Assembly: GCA_950097015.1 (NCBI GenBank)
Contig: CATNEN010000014.1
Span: 1,674,001-1,738,000 of the forward strand
Direction: 5' to 3'
DNA length: 64,000 nucleotides
Source: Macrostomum hystrix
Lineage: Eukaryota > Animalia > Platyhelminthes
Under the pieces are notes generated by a model, which was not told where the DNA came from, made no database searches, and saw only the letters and a program-made list of their open reading frames with translations. The position numbers and the translations under genes were made by a program. This document shows positions 48,219 to 59,480 of the stretch, piece by piece. Every line of letters starts with the position of its first letter. Within the stretch, counting starts at the first letter, position 1.

Positions 48219-51200
48219 TGTATAGTAGGGATGCTTTTATCATTTTTTTAAAAAAGTCAAATTCGTACCTATGCTCTTTGTTTTAATGCGCTAAATATTT
48301 TTATATGTAAAATATTATAAATATTCTGTCAAATTCATTCTTTTTAACAAACCTTTTTGTGTATATAAACAAGTGCAATTCCTATGAGACAAAGCAACGT
48401 GCCAGTGTGGCGAAAAGCAAATAAGCTATAACTGAGTAAGAAAATGTTTAAGTGTTGAGTTGGTTATTTGTGGCTGTGACCCTCTGATCCACGGAAAACG
48501 CCCAGCAAAGACTGGAGAACCAGAGACCAGTGCCTTAGAAGGATAAGCCGCTTGTGCCAAGAGATACGCTACCAAGAGATAGAAAAGTAGAGTGAGAAGC
48601 CCTGTTACAACTTTGGTGGCAGCGGTGGGATTAGAGAAATGGCCTCAATCAAGAATACAGAGATTATCAAGAAGAATGAAGTATTCATAGAGATGTCGAT
48701 TATTATGCTGATAATAGCAGTGCTGATGAATCAGCAGCCAGGTATCCCTCTACTATTTGGAAGTGGTGGAACACAGTCAATGTTCGGAAATAATGGAAAT
48801 CAGACAATGCCTGGAAGCCAGGAAGAAAAGAAAAAGCCTATGGGAAGAGGCATGATTTCGATGCAGAATAAGCAAGATATGGAGTACATCACAGAGAGAA
48901 ATGTACATAAGTTTAGTGGATGCTTCTTCTGTGCTAAACCAGGACCTGTGAGGCCAGATGGGCACACACTGACACAGTGTCGCATCACCTTGAACACCCT
49001 GAAGCCGAACATGCCGAAGTAAGATAATAGAGAAGGCACGGTACACCAGAGAAGTGTACTAAGTGTGTAAATTTGTGTAAATATGTGTTGTCTTTAGTTG
49101 TCGCAGTTGTCACAAGCCGCTAAGAAAATCATAAAAAATAGGGAGTCAAGGAAATAATAAATGGGCACACGGCTGTAGAAAATATGTGCTCCAATACCTA
49201 CTCAGTAGAAAAAGGAGTAGTGTGCAAAGAAAATGTAGAAGTTATGTTAAAGGCATCTAATGTTATAAGAAAGAATCTGTCTATAGGAGAAAGTGTTATA
49301 AGTCGGGCATGTGAAATTAATTATTAAGAAATCTCTGAATGAATTGTTACTAGTTGGCTTGCTCCAATGAAGTACAGTAAAAGAAGTATAAGAAGTATTC
49401 TTAAGGGGAAGAGCAATGTAACGTCACAACTTAACGAAGAGTATGAAGAAATGAGAAGTGATTTCTCTCTGAAAGAGTTACTAGTAGCTGACATGTTTCA
49501 GTGAATTAAGGTAACTCAGAAGGGGAGGTGAAGTTTTCGGAGTGTTCCTGGATTGAAGTCCAGAAGCCCAGAGAGTAGTAGACTCTGGGAAAGTCATTGA
49601 CAAGTTGTGAAGTCATGACTAAGTGATCAGTTCCAAAAGGCTGAGAAGAAGGCGCAGTGCTGATCTGAGGGATCAGATGTAGAGCCAGTGTTGTGGAATT
49701 TTGTAGAGGCACAAAGGTTGCCTGAAGTGGCCTACCTGAAGAAAGACACACTGTGGCCTGATGATCAGATGAGGACTGTGTTGTGATGTAAATAGGCATG
49801 ATTGTTGCCTGAGAAAATAAAAGTGAAGAGGCCTAAAGAAATAAGAGGAGACTCCTGTGTGAAATTGGAGAAGGCACGTGGCCTGAGGATAATCAAATAA
49901 GAAATTATGTAAGCAGAGTAAATAGATTAGAGAAGGCAGATGAGTCAACAGGAATAAATTAGGAAATTGGATATTGCCTGCATGCCAGTTAAAGTAAGCG
50001 ACAGATGGTCGAGAAATAAATATTACAGATCACCTCTTAGTTGTGAGATTTAATTAAAAGAGCGAGGTGATGAAGAAGAATATGTGACAACTGTGCGACA
50101 TATTGTGTAAATAGTTGTATAAACACGCTTTAAACGTTGTGAAAATAGTATTAAGTGTTGTCTTTGAATATTTCTGTTGTATAAACCGAAAGGAATAAGT
50201 TATGCGTGCTACTGTGAGTAAACGTGAAAGCTCATCCAAGCTCAATATCCTCGCCATTATGAAAGGGACGAGAGCAATAAATTTCACCGAAAGAAGAGAG
50301 CCTCTTACAGAGTGTTGGCTAAGCTTTCGGACACAGTTTTCCGAGTCCAGAAAGAGGAGAATAGAAAACTAATCGGTGCCATGATGCTGGTACACCGGAA
50401 TAATCTGACTCCTGTACCAAACTTGGTCAAAGCCACGGGCATGCCCGAAAGTTCTGACATGGAGAAGAGAGAACCAACAGATAAGGGAAGGCAGGAGACT
50501 GCCCAGAAGATCCAGAAAAGAAAGGAAGTGCAACCTAAGATTGTGAAAAAGGCAGTCCAAGAAATCGAGCAAGAAGAAAGCTCTGACTCAGAAGAGGAAA
50601 GAATTCAATGGAGAGCTTGCAAAGAGACAGACATAAGTGGAAGTAAGATTGAAGAAACTGATGAAGACTCTGACACAGATTCCGGAAGTTCGGCAGAAGA
50701 ACTTATCGAAGACTCTGAAAAGGAAACGGAGGAAGAGTTAGAAAAGTCAAAAGAAGATAACGAAGAAGAACCTGAAGCTGAACCATCAGACCATGATGTT
50801 GTGGAGGAACCAGCCTGTGAGGAGGAGGCTGAGGACCGAGCGGATGCAGCCAGTGGAACGGCAGCACCACTTCAGTGGCGAGAGGTGCGGTACAACCTGC
50901 GGCCAAGAAAGCCTACAGTCATCAATGAGCCAGCAGGTCCGACACCTGTCGCGAATCGCAGGGAGGCACCGCGTAAGCCTAACAAGTATGGCTTTGTGCC
51001 AAGGAAGCGGTACGCCCAGTCGCCCACTACCAGTGACAGCAGAAACGGCAGCAGCAGCAGCAGCGGCAGCAGCAGCAGCAGCAGCGACGAAGAAACGGAG
51101 GCGACAGGACTGATGATGGTGACCTGATGCTACACAAAGTAAAATTGACTCATGCGGCTTAAATAACATTACTAAAAATATCACTCATGCTTTATTCAAT

Positions 51201-51446
51201 TTTTATATTTGGGAAGGCAGGTTGTAGTAGGGATGTTTTTATCATTTTTTTTAAAAGTCAAATTCGTACCTATGCTCTTTGTTTTAATGCGCTAAATATT
51301 TTTTATATGTAAAATATTATGAATATTCTGTCAAATTCATTCATTTTAACAAACCTTTTTTGTGTATATAAACAAGTGCAATTCCTATGAGACAAAGCAA
51401 CGTGCCAGTGTGGCGAAAAGCAAATAAGCTATAACTGAGTAAGAAA
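48219..51446 (+). mobile_element. Degenerate, internally deleted Gypsy-like LTR retrotransposon
   Basis: ~220-bp direct repeat at 48223-48443 and 51225-51446. The 5' LTR probably ends ...gttaca near 48609, followed by PBS-like tggtggcagcggtgggat. Gag-like ORF 48639-49022 has a CFFC...H....C knuckle. The integrase tail YRVLAKLSDTVFRV...VHRNNL...RYNLRPRK lies at ~50300-51127. A purine tract gggaaggcagg precedes the truncated 3' LTR. Confidence 0.8.
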
Positions 51447-53699
51447 GTGGGACCCCAACAACCCAGAAGTTCACACATAAAGTGGGACAACTATAAAGCC
51501 AAGTTTTGTGCTATATATGGAACCAGTGACAATTTGTTTGAAATGTACCTGTAGTAGTTCATGTGGCACCAAAATTTTCGCCTTCAGTACTTCAGCAATA
51601 TCCTCTACTGGATAACACACTACTACCCCTGTGCAGAACTCTGTGAGCTATAAGTTCAAAAAGGGGTTAAAATTATTTCAAGTAGCCTAAGAAACCAAAC
51701 GATCACCCCTCTCCTAAGCATATTTCATATTCCAGATCATGGCAGGGTGTATGCCAAAAGCATGCTTCATGAACAATTAAAAAGGGAATAAATTTTTGTC
51801 TAAACACTTTCCTTATTGGAGCCAATAGGGGTTTTTGCGAACAACATCCGGTCGCTTGTGAAAAATTGCCTGCGTGGCTGCGCAGAAAGAAATTCCTGTC
51901 CACGCGGCCGCGCCTTGCGCCTTGTGTGTATAAAGTTGTTGTAAGTATATAGATGTATAACAAACAGTGCGTCCTTGTTCCGCACTGCCCAAGTGCAAAA
52001 AGACAACCTTAGCTGTTCTAATTATAGAAATACACTACGGAGATCAAAAAAGGTCATTTGGTATATGCATCTGTATTTTTAGAAATACACTAGGCCCTAT
52101 GGAGATCAAAAAAGGTCTTTTGACATTTTTTCGTGAAATCAATGACTACACTACATTGAGTCAGACTAAAGATATATAGCAATTGCAGATTTGTGCTCCT
52201 TTTCTTGAAACCAACTGCGCACCTGCGCACCTAGCAGGAGTGTCCGCAGCTTTTTTAAATTCGTTCCATTAGGGAACACTTTCAAGAAAGGTACGAGTAA
52301 CTAACACCTGTTAAGGAAAAGCCTTGGGTGTCTTACTTATTCATTATTGCCTAGGCCTATAGTATCTATGAGAAATCACTAGACTAAATGCAGAACAATG
52401 AAAAAATCTCAACACCTTCAATCTTAACTTTTAATATAAAAAGGATCACATTAAAATATTTGCCAGAGTTAGTGCATAGCCACAGGAATTCAATAAACCT
52501 CAAATATCAAAATACTAAAAGAAATCAACGAAGGAAAAGTTAGATTACATAAAACAAAAGTAAGATACACTTCTACTAACATTACACGACAAGACCTCCT
52601 ACCGCTCACAGTTATATAGTGTATAGGCCTAATCCTGGCAAATACAAGAGATAGGCCTAGCCTAGGCTAGACCTAAACCACAGCAATAGCTAAATTTTTA
52701 ATCAGCCTGATTGTCAGAATCAGTATTAGAGAATTATTTGGCTCTGGCGAAACGCCAGTTATGCCAATGAGAATGCGAATTAATTATTTTTGTAAGTTCA
52801 GCGAAACGGACTCATTAACACTTGATACGAAAGAAAAATTGGTCCAGTACCAGGAATATACTCAACGATTTAAAGAAATTCAAAACTGTTTTCCTATTTG
52901 AACAAAAGTTTTACATGTAGCTGGTTATTTGCCGCACAATTTTGCTAATATTATGCTTATTAGGAAACTAAATATATTTTAATCAATGCTGAAATTACCT
53001 AATTAACCAACTTCTAAATGTATATGTGCAGTAAGCTGCACCCGTGTTGACAGAGATAGGGTCTAAGAAACAGTAATCGAACATGTGCGACGGTCGCCTA
53101 ATAGGCAACTCCGAACATGTTCTTTGTTCCGAGAACATGTTCTTTTAAATTAATAAGGCTACTTAATGTATTTTAATGAATTAATAACATGAAGAAAAAA
53201 CTATGCCTTCCTTGGCATGAGGTCAACAAACAAGACAGAGTTAAACCCATACTATGTCTAGTATGGTTTAACACACACACATGGTTTAACATGAATATTA
53301 TGCGAACCATAGCTTTTAACTTTCCCGCGATCATATCTCCAGATCACGATGCGAATAGTATTAGTGCGTGCCATCAACTCTACTTTCTTGAATCGACACT
53401 GTTAAATGAACTGTGTTACTTAAATGGATCCTAAATGAATTCTTCCCAGCATGAAAATGTGCTTTCATTCTGGGGTCTTATCAGAAACCTTTGGTTGAAA
53501 ACAATTAATCGCTTAAAACTTCACCTAAAGCGATGGGAAAATGGCCTTAAAAATAATGAGATCTAGAATAGCTCAATTTCAATTTCAAAATTTCAATTTC
53601 AAATACACAATTTCAAAGTCAAGATTTTAAAATTTGAACTACAGTAAAGCATAGAAATTTTATGCTAAAATAAAAATGTCTTAAAGTAGACTTAACAGA

Positions 53700-55400
53700 G
53701 TGATGAAAAGTAAAGTGCACTCTGTGGCAGCCACTTGCAAGCTGTTCTGCCCGCCGACTTTTCACACCACGTCTGCCCAGCAGGCCCCCACCGAGCCGTC
53801 GCCGCCACACTCCGGGCTTCGGCTGGAGCGAGTGATCCTCCGCGCAGGCCTAGAGCTACTCTGCGACGTCTCCACCAGTCGGCCCCGCCCGCTGGTGCCG
53901 CCCGACTTCCGACGGCCGGTGTTCGACGCCATCCACGGCCTCGCGCACCCCTCCATCCGCAGCTCCCGCCGCCTCGTCGCCGACCGTTTTGTCTGGCCCG
54001 GCCTCAACCGGGACGTCGGCCTTTGGGCTCGCAGCTGCGTCGCCTGCCAGACGGCTAAAGTCCAGCGGCACGTGGTCAGCGAGCCGGACAGCATCCCGGT
54101 GCCTCGCGATCGTTTCGCACACGTGCACATCGACCTGGTCGGCCCGCTGCCGCCGTCGCAAGGTTTCACGCACCTGCTGACCGTGGTCGACCGCTTCACG
54201 CGCTGGCCGGAAGCAATCCCGCTTGCCGACACCTCCGCGGCCACCTGCGCCGGCGCCTTCATCACACACTGGGTCGCCCGTTTCGGCGTGCCTGGCGACC
54301 TCACCTCCGACCGCGGCACGCAATTCACCTCGGAGCTGTGGGCGAACGTCTCCCGCCTGCTGGGCATGCAGCTGCACCAGACGACGGCTTTTCATCCTCA
54401 GGCCAACGGGCTGGTCGAGCTTTTTTATCGACAGCTCAAGGCCTCCTTGATGGCGCGGTTGACAGGGCCATCCTGGACTACCGAGCTGCCCTGGGTGCTG
54501 CTGGGCATCCGCACAGCGCCCAAGGAGGATTTCGGCGTGTCTTTGGCCGAACTGGTGTTCGGCGTCCCGCTGGCGGTGCCTGGCGAGTGCCTGCAGGCCG
54601 GCCCAACCGCCGCGAGCCACGACGGTTTCCTGACCCGCCGGCGCCAGGCGTGCAGGCTTTCCAGCCGCCACCGACCTTCCAACACGGCCGCCGCGCCACC
54701 GCCTGGCCGACTGCCCTGGACGCCTGCACGCACGTTTTCGTCCGCCGCCACGGGCACCGGCCGGCACTGCAGCCGCCTTACCTCGGCCCCTTGAAGGTGC
54801 TGGAGCGCGGCGCCAAGGCGTTCCTCCTCGACCTCGTCACCCGGCAGGACCACGTGTCGGTGGACCGGCTCAAGCTGGCGACGCTCGACCCAACCAGCTT
54901 GGCTCCGACGCCGCAACTTCGCCCACGCGGCCGGCCGCCGCGGGACCCGACACGCCCGCCTAGCGTTCCCGGCACCAAAGCAGCGCCGGCCGCCACTCCA
55001 CCAGTCGCCCCTCCGCCGGTTTCTCTGCGTCGGCGCCAGCCGCAGCGCCGGTGCCGGCGGGTACCGAAGGCCACCGCTGGGGGGAGCCCTGTGGCGGTCA
55101 AGGGCAAGTGCACTCTGTGGCAGCCACTTGCAAGCCGTTCTGCCCGCCGACTTTTCACACCACGTCTGCACGCGGCCAACCCCGGGGGTTAGGGGTGGGC
55201 GCCACCCCTCCCCGTCGTGGTGTGTTTGGGCGGAGTGACCTTGACTTTTTTACCGCTTGTTTACGCGCTGGCCGTATAAGACTGTTTGCGTGCGCCTCCT
55301 TCTGGTTTATCCTTTTCCGCGTATCGCTTTGCTCTCCGCAAATATACACTTCGCACGCAGTAGCTAGCTGCCTGCTTCAGTGTCGTATAATATTAATACA
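53700..55400 (+). mobile_element. Gypsy LTR retrotransposon remnant: integrase, PPT and 3' LTR, with a 64-bp LTR fragment at the 5' end
   Basis: HHCC zinc finger (HGLAHP...CVACQ), DDE core (HIDLVGPL, TSDRGTQF, NGLVE) and a GPY/F-like tail after a frameshift near 54645. PPT gggggagccc then TGTGGCGG at 55090. 53713-53776 repeats 55106-55169 with one mismatch. The right LTR end is approximate. Confidence 0.88.
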
Positions 55401-55903
55401 TTACTACCTTAGTGCACTTTTGCACTAGCTCATATCTATATATATAAGCCATCGGATTTAGAGAGGACAGAATTAATTTCAAGCCATGCATGCGGATGAG
55501 CAATGCGCCATTAGACCAAGATAATCTCAGAGCTGCCCAGACGGGATTATCAGCGGAGAGCGCACAAGAATTATGAGAACTGCTACGCCTGCACTGCTGA
55601 TCATACCGATAGGGCCAATGTTCTAACAGGCATAGCCCGGGTTTCACGAGACAACAAGTGCTCATACAACTGAGACTTTAGTATTATGAGAATCCAGGAT
55701 CGTAAATGAGAATCTGGGAACTAGAATGAGAATTCCTTTTTTTCTAAAGGAGTGATGATGGAGCGAGGGCGACAGCAGTTGGGTAGGCCAGACGATAAAT
55801 GTCAGTACTGCCTTCTCTTTATGTTTACAGTGAGCAGCAAGTGTAATAGTTAAAATGATTAATCGCTCATTAAGCCAACAGAAGCAACTGGCATAGTCGG
55901 AGC

Positions 55904-56182
55904 TAGGGATGCTAAAATACCGGACTTGCCCAAAACCGGGATCCCGGTATTCAGTACCGGAATTTCGCCAATACTGAAATACCGAATAATACCGAAAAAA
56001 TGGCCCAAAACCGGTATTTTTCGAAACCGGGATCCCGGTATTAGCATCTCTAATTATGATAATTTTAGACCAATACCGGAGCAATACCGGAGCAATACCG
56101 GATAATACCGGTATTGGTAGTACCAAAAAATGGCCCAAAACCGGTATTTTTCGAAACCGGGATCCCGGTATTAGCATCTCTA
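55904..56182. mobile_element. hAT-type MITE with 8-bp target-site duplication
   Basis: TIRs tagggatgctaaaataccgg / ccggtattagcatctcta; TSD gtcggagc at 55896-55903 and 56183-56190; an internal second copy of the right end finishes at 56052. Confidence 0.88.
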
Positions 56183-56401
56183 GTCGGAGCCCATTGGGTA
56201 TCAGCTGGAGCCGCGTTGTCAAGTCACACCTACAGCCCGCCGAGAGAAGGATGGAGGGCAAGAGCTGCTCCCAATCAGTGCGGGCTTTCAGGCCGCGGGT
56301 TTTCCGTGATCACACACTTAAAGCAGGCCCAGACCGCACTGGAAGTCTTTGCTAAGTGAATCGGCGAGCTCTCAGCGTTCATCAACTCGGCGCAGGCCAA
56401 A

Positions 56402-58057
56402 ATGCCGGAGGCACAAGTCAGGTTGCGCGACAGCGGAGCAGCAGGCGGCAGGCGGCTGGTCAGGCAGTTCTGCGACAGCACATCGGCGCACGGCTTCCAC
56501 AAGATGGTGGAGAGCGAAGGCGGCGCATTGCACAGAGCAGCTTGGCTGCTGATCATCCTGACGGCTGGAACTGGCTTCACCGCTCACCTGGTTGCCCTGT
56601 TCAGTCGCTACTTTGAGGGGCCTGTGAACACAGAGACAAGCGTCTACGGGACCAAGTTCGTTTTCCCCGACGTGACAATCTGCGCCACGAGTCACTTCAG
56701 CCGATTGCGGTTCCACCGCAACCCACTGGTGCCAAGCCTGAACATCAGCACGCACGAGCTGCTGCACCACATCCGCACCTTCTGGGACCCGGGAGAGAAT
56801 GCCGACACCAACATCAGCATCAACGCCGACGTGATGAACTCAATGAAGTCCTATCTGCCGGAGCTGAACATCACCAAACAGCGCCAGGAAATGATTTTGC
56901 ACTGCGACTTCGCAGGCGACACGTGCTCCTACCAGAACTTCAGCACTCACGTGGACCCCAACTACTTCAGCTGCTACACCTTTGCGCCAACTGAAAGACA
57001 CCTAATTATCGGTGGCGAGCGCGACGGAGGCCTGAATGTTATCCTTCACGTCGGCGACATTGAAAATTTTGTCACCGGCGAGGAGTCGCTCAGCTACTCC
57101 GAGGGCTTCCGGGCTGTCATACACGAGCCGGGCACCCGGCCAGACTTGCTGGAAGGCTTTTATGTCCAGCGTGGCACCAGCACCTTCCTGCAGCTCGCCT
57201 ACACCAAGGAGGCTGTGCTAAAGAACTGCGCCCTCGATGAAGACTTGCAGCCCGTGAAGTTTGTGGACAGGTACAACAAGGTAAATAGTTATCGATACAC
57301 CATCCGAGACTGCCTGTTTAGCGCCTACCAGGCCTACCTGCGGACCAACTGCTCCTGCGTCTCTGAGGCTCTGCCGCTACCAGCTGAGTTCAGCGTCAAC
57401 CTGAGCGTGCCCTTCTGCCACAGCATCAGCCGGGACAGCCTGCTGGAGAGCATTGACCAGCCGACAGCGTCTGACGCCGAAGCTGCAGTCGAGCGGAGCC
57501 GAGCGGCCGAACGCCGCCGCTCCTGCCACGACGATGCGGTGCGGGAGATTCACAAGAAAACCTCCGGCCTGGCGCCGGACGCTTGCCCGCTGCGCTGCGG
57601 CAACGTCCGCTACGAGATGCGCTTGGCGCAGAATCGCTGGCCCAGCGCTTGTAACGAGACGCGGCAGGCGCTGGCTGAAGCGCTCGACCGCACCGTGGCG
57701 CTGGCCGCTGAGCTCGGCGACGACCTGATCACTCTGGAGGACATCCAGCGGCAGATGCGAGATCATCAGGCGGCTAGCAGCAATGCCGACCAGTCAGTCT
57801 TCAGGGAGTCCTTTGCCAAGCTGACCATCTACAGCCACTCCACAATGGGCAGCGTGATGCGGGAGAGCTGGGCCTACCCGGACAGGAATCTGGCTTCGGA
57901 CATTGGGGGCATACTCGGCCTGTGGCTGGGCGTGTCCATTATCAGCACATTCGAATTTCTGGAGCTCTTCGCGCGGCTGTTGTATTGGAGAGTTTCCATG
58001 GCAACGAACACCGCGCATGGAGGTGGGGGAGGCGTGGAAACACAGCTCGTCCGCTGA
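56402..58057 (+). CDS. DEG/ENaC (ASIC/FaNaC-like) sodium channel subunit, intronless, 551 aa
   Basis: FCDSTSAHG pre-TM1 HG motif, TM1, FPDVTIC, Cys-rich thumb, TM2 ASDIGGILGLWLGVSIISTFEFLE with a GxS belt. Confidence 0.95.
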   Translation: MPEAQVRLRDSGAAGGRRLVRQFCDSTSAHGFHKMVESEGGALHRAAWLLIILTAGTGFTAHLVALFSRYFEGPVNTETSVYGTKFVFPDVTICATSHFSRLRFHRNPLVPSLNISTHELLHHIRTFWDPGENADTNISINADVMNSMKSYLPELNITKQRQEMILHCDFAGDTCSYQNFSTHVDPNYFSCYTFAPTERHLIIGGERDGGLNVILHVGDIENFVTGEESLSYSEGFRAVIHEPGTRPDLLEGFYVQRGTSTFLQLAYTKEAVLKNCALDEDLQPVKFVDRYNKVNSYRYTIRDCLFSAYQAYLRTNCSCVSEALPLPAEFSVNLSVPFCHSISRDSLLESIDQPTASDAEAAVERSRAAERRRSCHDDAVREIHKKTSGLAPDACPLRCGNVRYEMRLAQNRWPSACNETRQALAEALDRTVALAAELGDDLITLEDIQRQMRDHQAASSNADQSVFRESFAKLTIYSHSTMGSVMRESWAYPDRNLASDIGGILGLWLGVSIISTFEFLELFARLLYWRVSMATNTAHGGGGGVETQLVR

Positions 58058-58370
58058 TTGGCCGTCCATGACGTCATTGAGTGTAAAAGCCTGACGATGA
58101 CCTGCTTGAGTATGCCTGCAAAAATAACCACGTGTGTCTGTGCTCAAGGGTCAGCGAAATGATGCTTCTAACCAGCTTCTGCCTATTATATACAGGTACA
58201 ATTGGTAGTAGTACGAGTAGTTAAGCTTTACGCCAAAATAAATCTAAAAATAGATTTAGACCGATTTACAATTAAATGTTGAGGTTAGTGCTCATGCTCA
58301 GCTTATGGCCAAGCTGCTTCAGCGATAGACTTACACTGGTAGGCAGAGCTCTCGTGTATTTGCGGAATAG

Positions 58371-58494
58371 GCGTGCAATATGCGCTCTGATACCATGTCA
58401 ATAACTCATTGGTGAACAGCAGAGCGGACATGCGTGCAACATGCGCTCTGATACCATGTCAATAACTCATTGGTGAACAGCAGAGCGGACATGC
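58371..58494. repeat. 61-bp tandem duplication downstream of the channel gene
   Basis: cgtgcaa(t/c)atgcgctctgataccatgtcaataactcattggtgaacagcagagcggacatg, two copies. Confidence 0.9.
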
Positions 58495-59480
58495 AGGCCC
58501 TCGCCAAAGAGCAGCCATTATATAGATACCTTTATTAATCTCAGTAGTTAAAAAAGGAAAGTATCCGATACTACTAACTAGTTATTAAATATTCATTTTT
58601 AGTAAGAATATTGATGAGTCGGGAACGGGGCAGCGAACTAACAGAGCCGGTTAGAAAACTGTTTAAAACTCATCCTGCAATCGATTGTGAGTGGCAAAAT
58701 TAATAACTGGGTGAACAATATTCACACATACAAACAATAAATAATGAATAATTAGTTCTAGTCTAGAGCCATTCCCATTCACCAGGTGTACAGTACAGTC
58801 TTTACAGTCTCTGCCGGTTGAAGAGAAAACAAAATAAGCAGCAATGAAACAAATAATTGAGAGCCAGGTGCAATTTGGGGGCCGGCGAGTGAAACAAGGC
58901 CAGGCACAGTGACGGAATGGGAGGCATGAGAAGCAGAGAATGTGCGAATTGTTCAGGCCCACTCTGGATAAAAAGCCTGCAATGAAGCCAGGCTGGGAGC
59001 AAAATACAGAATTAAAGAGCAGCTAAAAAACTGACGCAATCACCACAGAAGCAGGTAGCGGGTAGCCAAAGCAGACAGACGCAAAATAAGAAAGTCCGAT
59101 TTCGTCCAACTCTGGATTAAGAGGCCGGGGTTTCAGATTTGCTTTTACATCCGCAGGTCCATAGCGAGGAAACTGAAACAACTCACGAAAGCAATCCGAG
59201 GAAAGCTAACAAAAGTACACAGAAGCGGGTGCTAGGATTCAACAGAGGCCCTCCGGCTAACGCTACAGACGAGATCTACAACAAAATAGGAAATTCAGTG
59301 CGCACATGGACATCACAGAAGCTGGTGCTGCTACTTACAGTAGTAGAGTTAGTGCGTTGAAAATCTTAAAAACGAGGAAACAGTTGGCTAACCGAATGCC
59401 AGAGCTACGGCGGCAGATTTCTAAAGAAAAAAACATTAAATTAGAGAATGGCGAGGCCCACAAGCTGTCCGGCCAGTTTC

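Noticed and set aside
46560-51670. Possible DNA transposon enclosing the LTR element (inverted similarity at 46763-46781 and 51451-51471; GGGG-TTAA end at ~51670)
   Set aside because: No matching left terminus or TSD was found, and the similarity is short.
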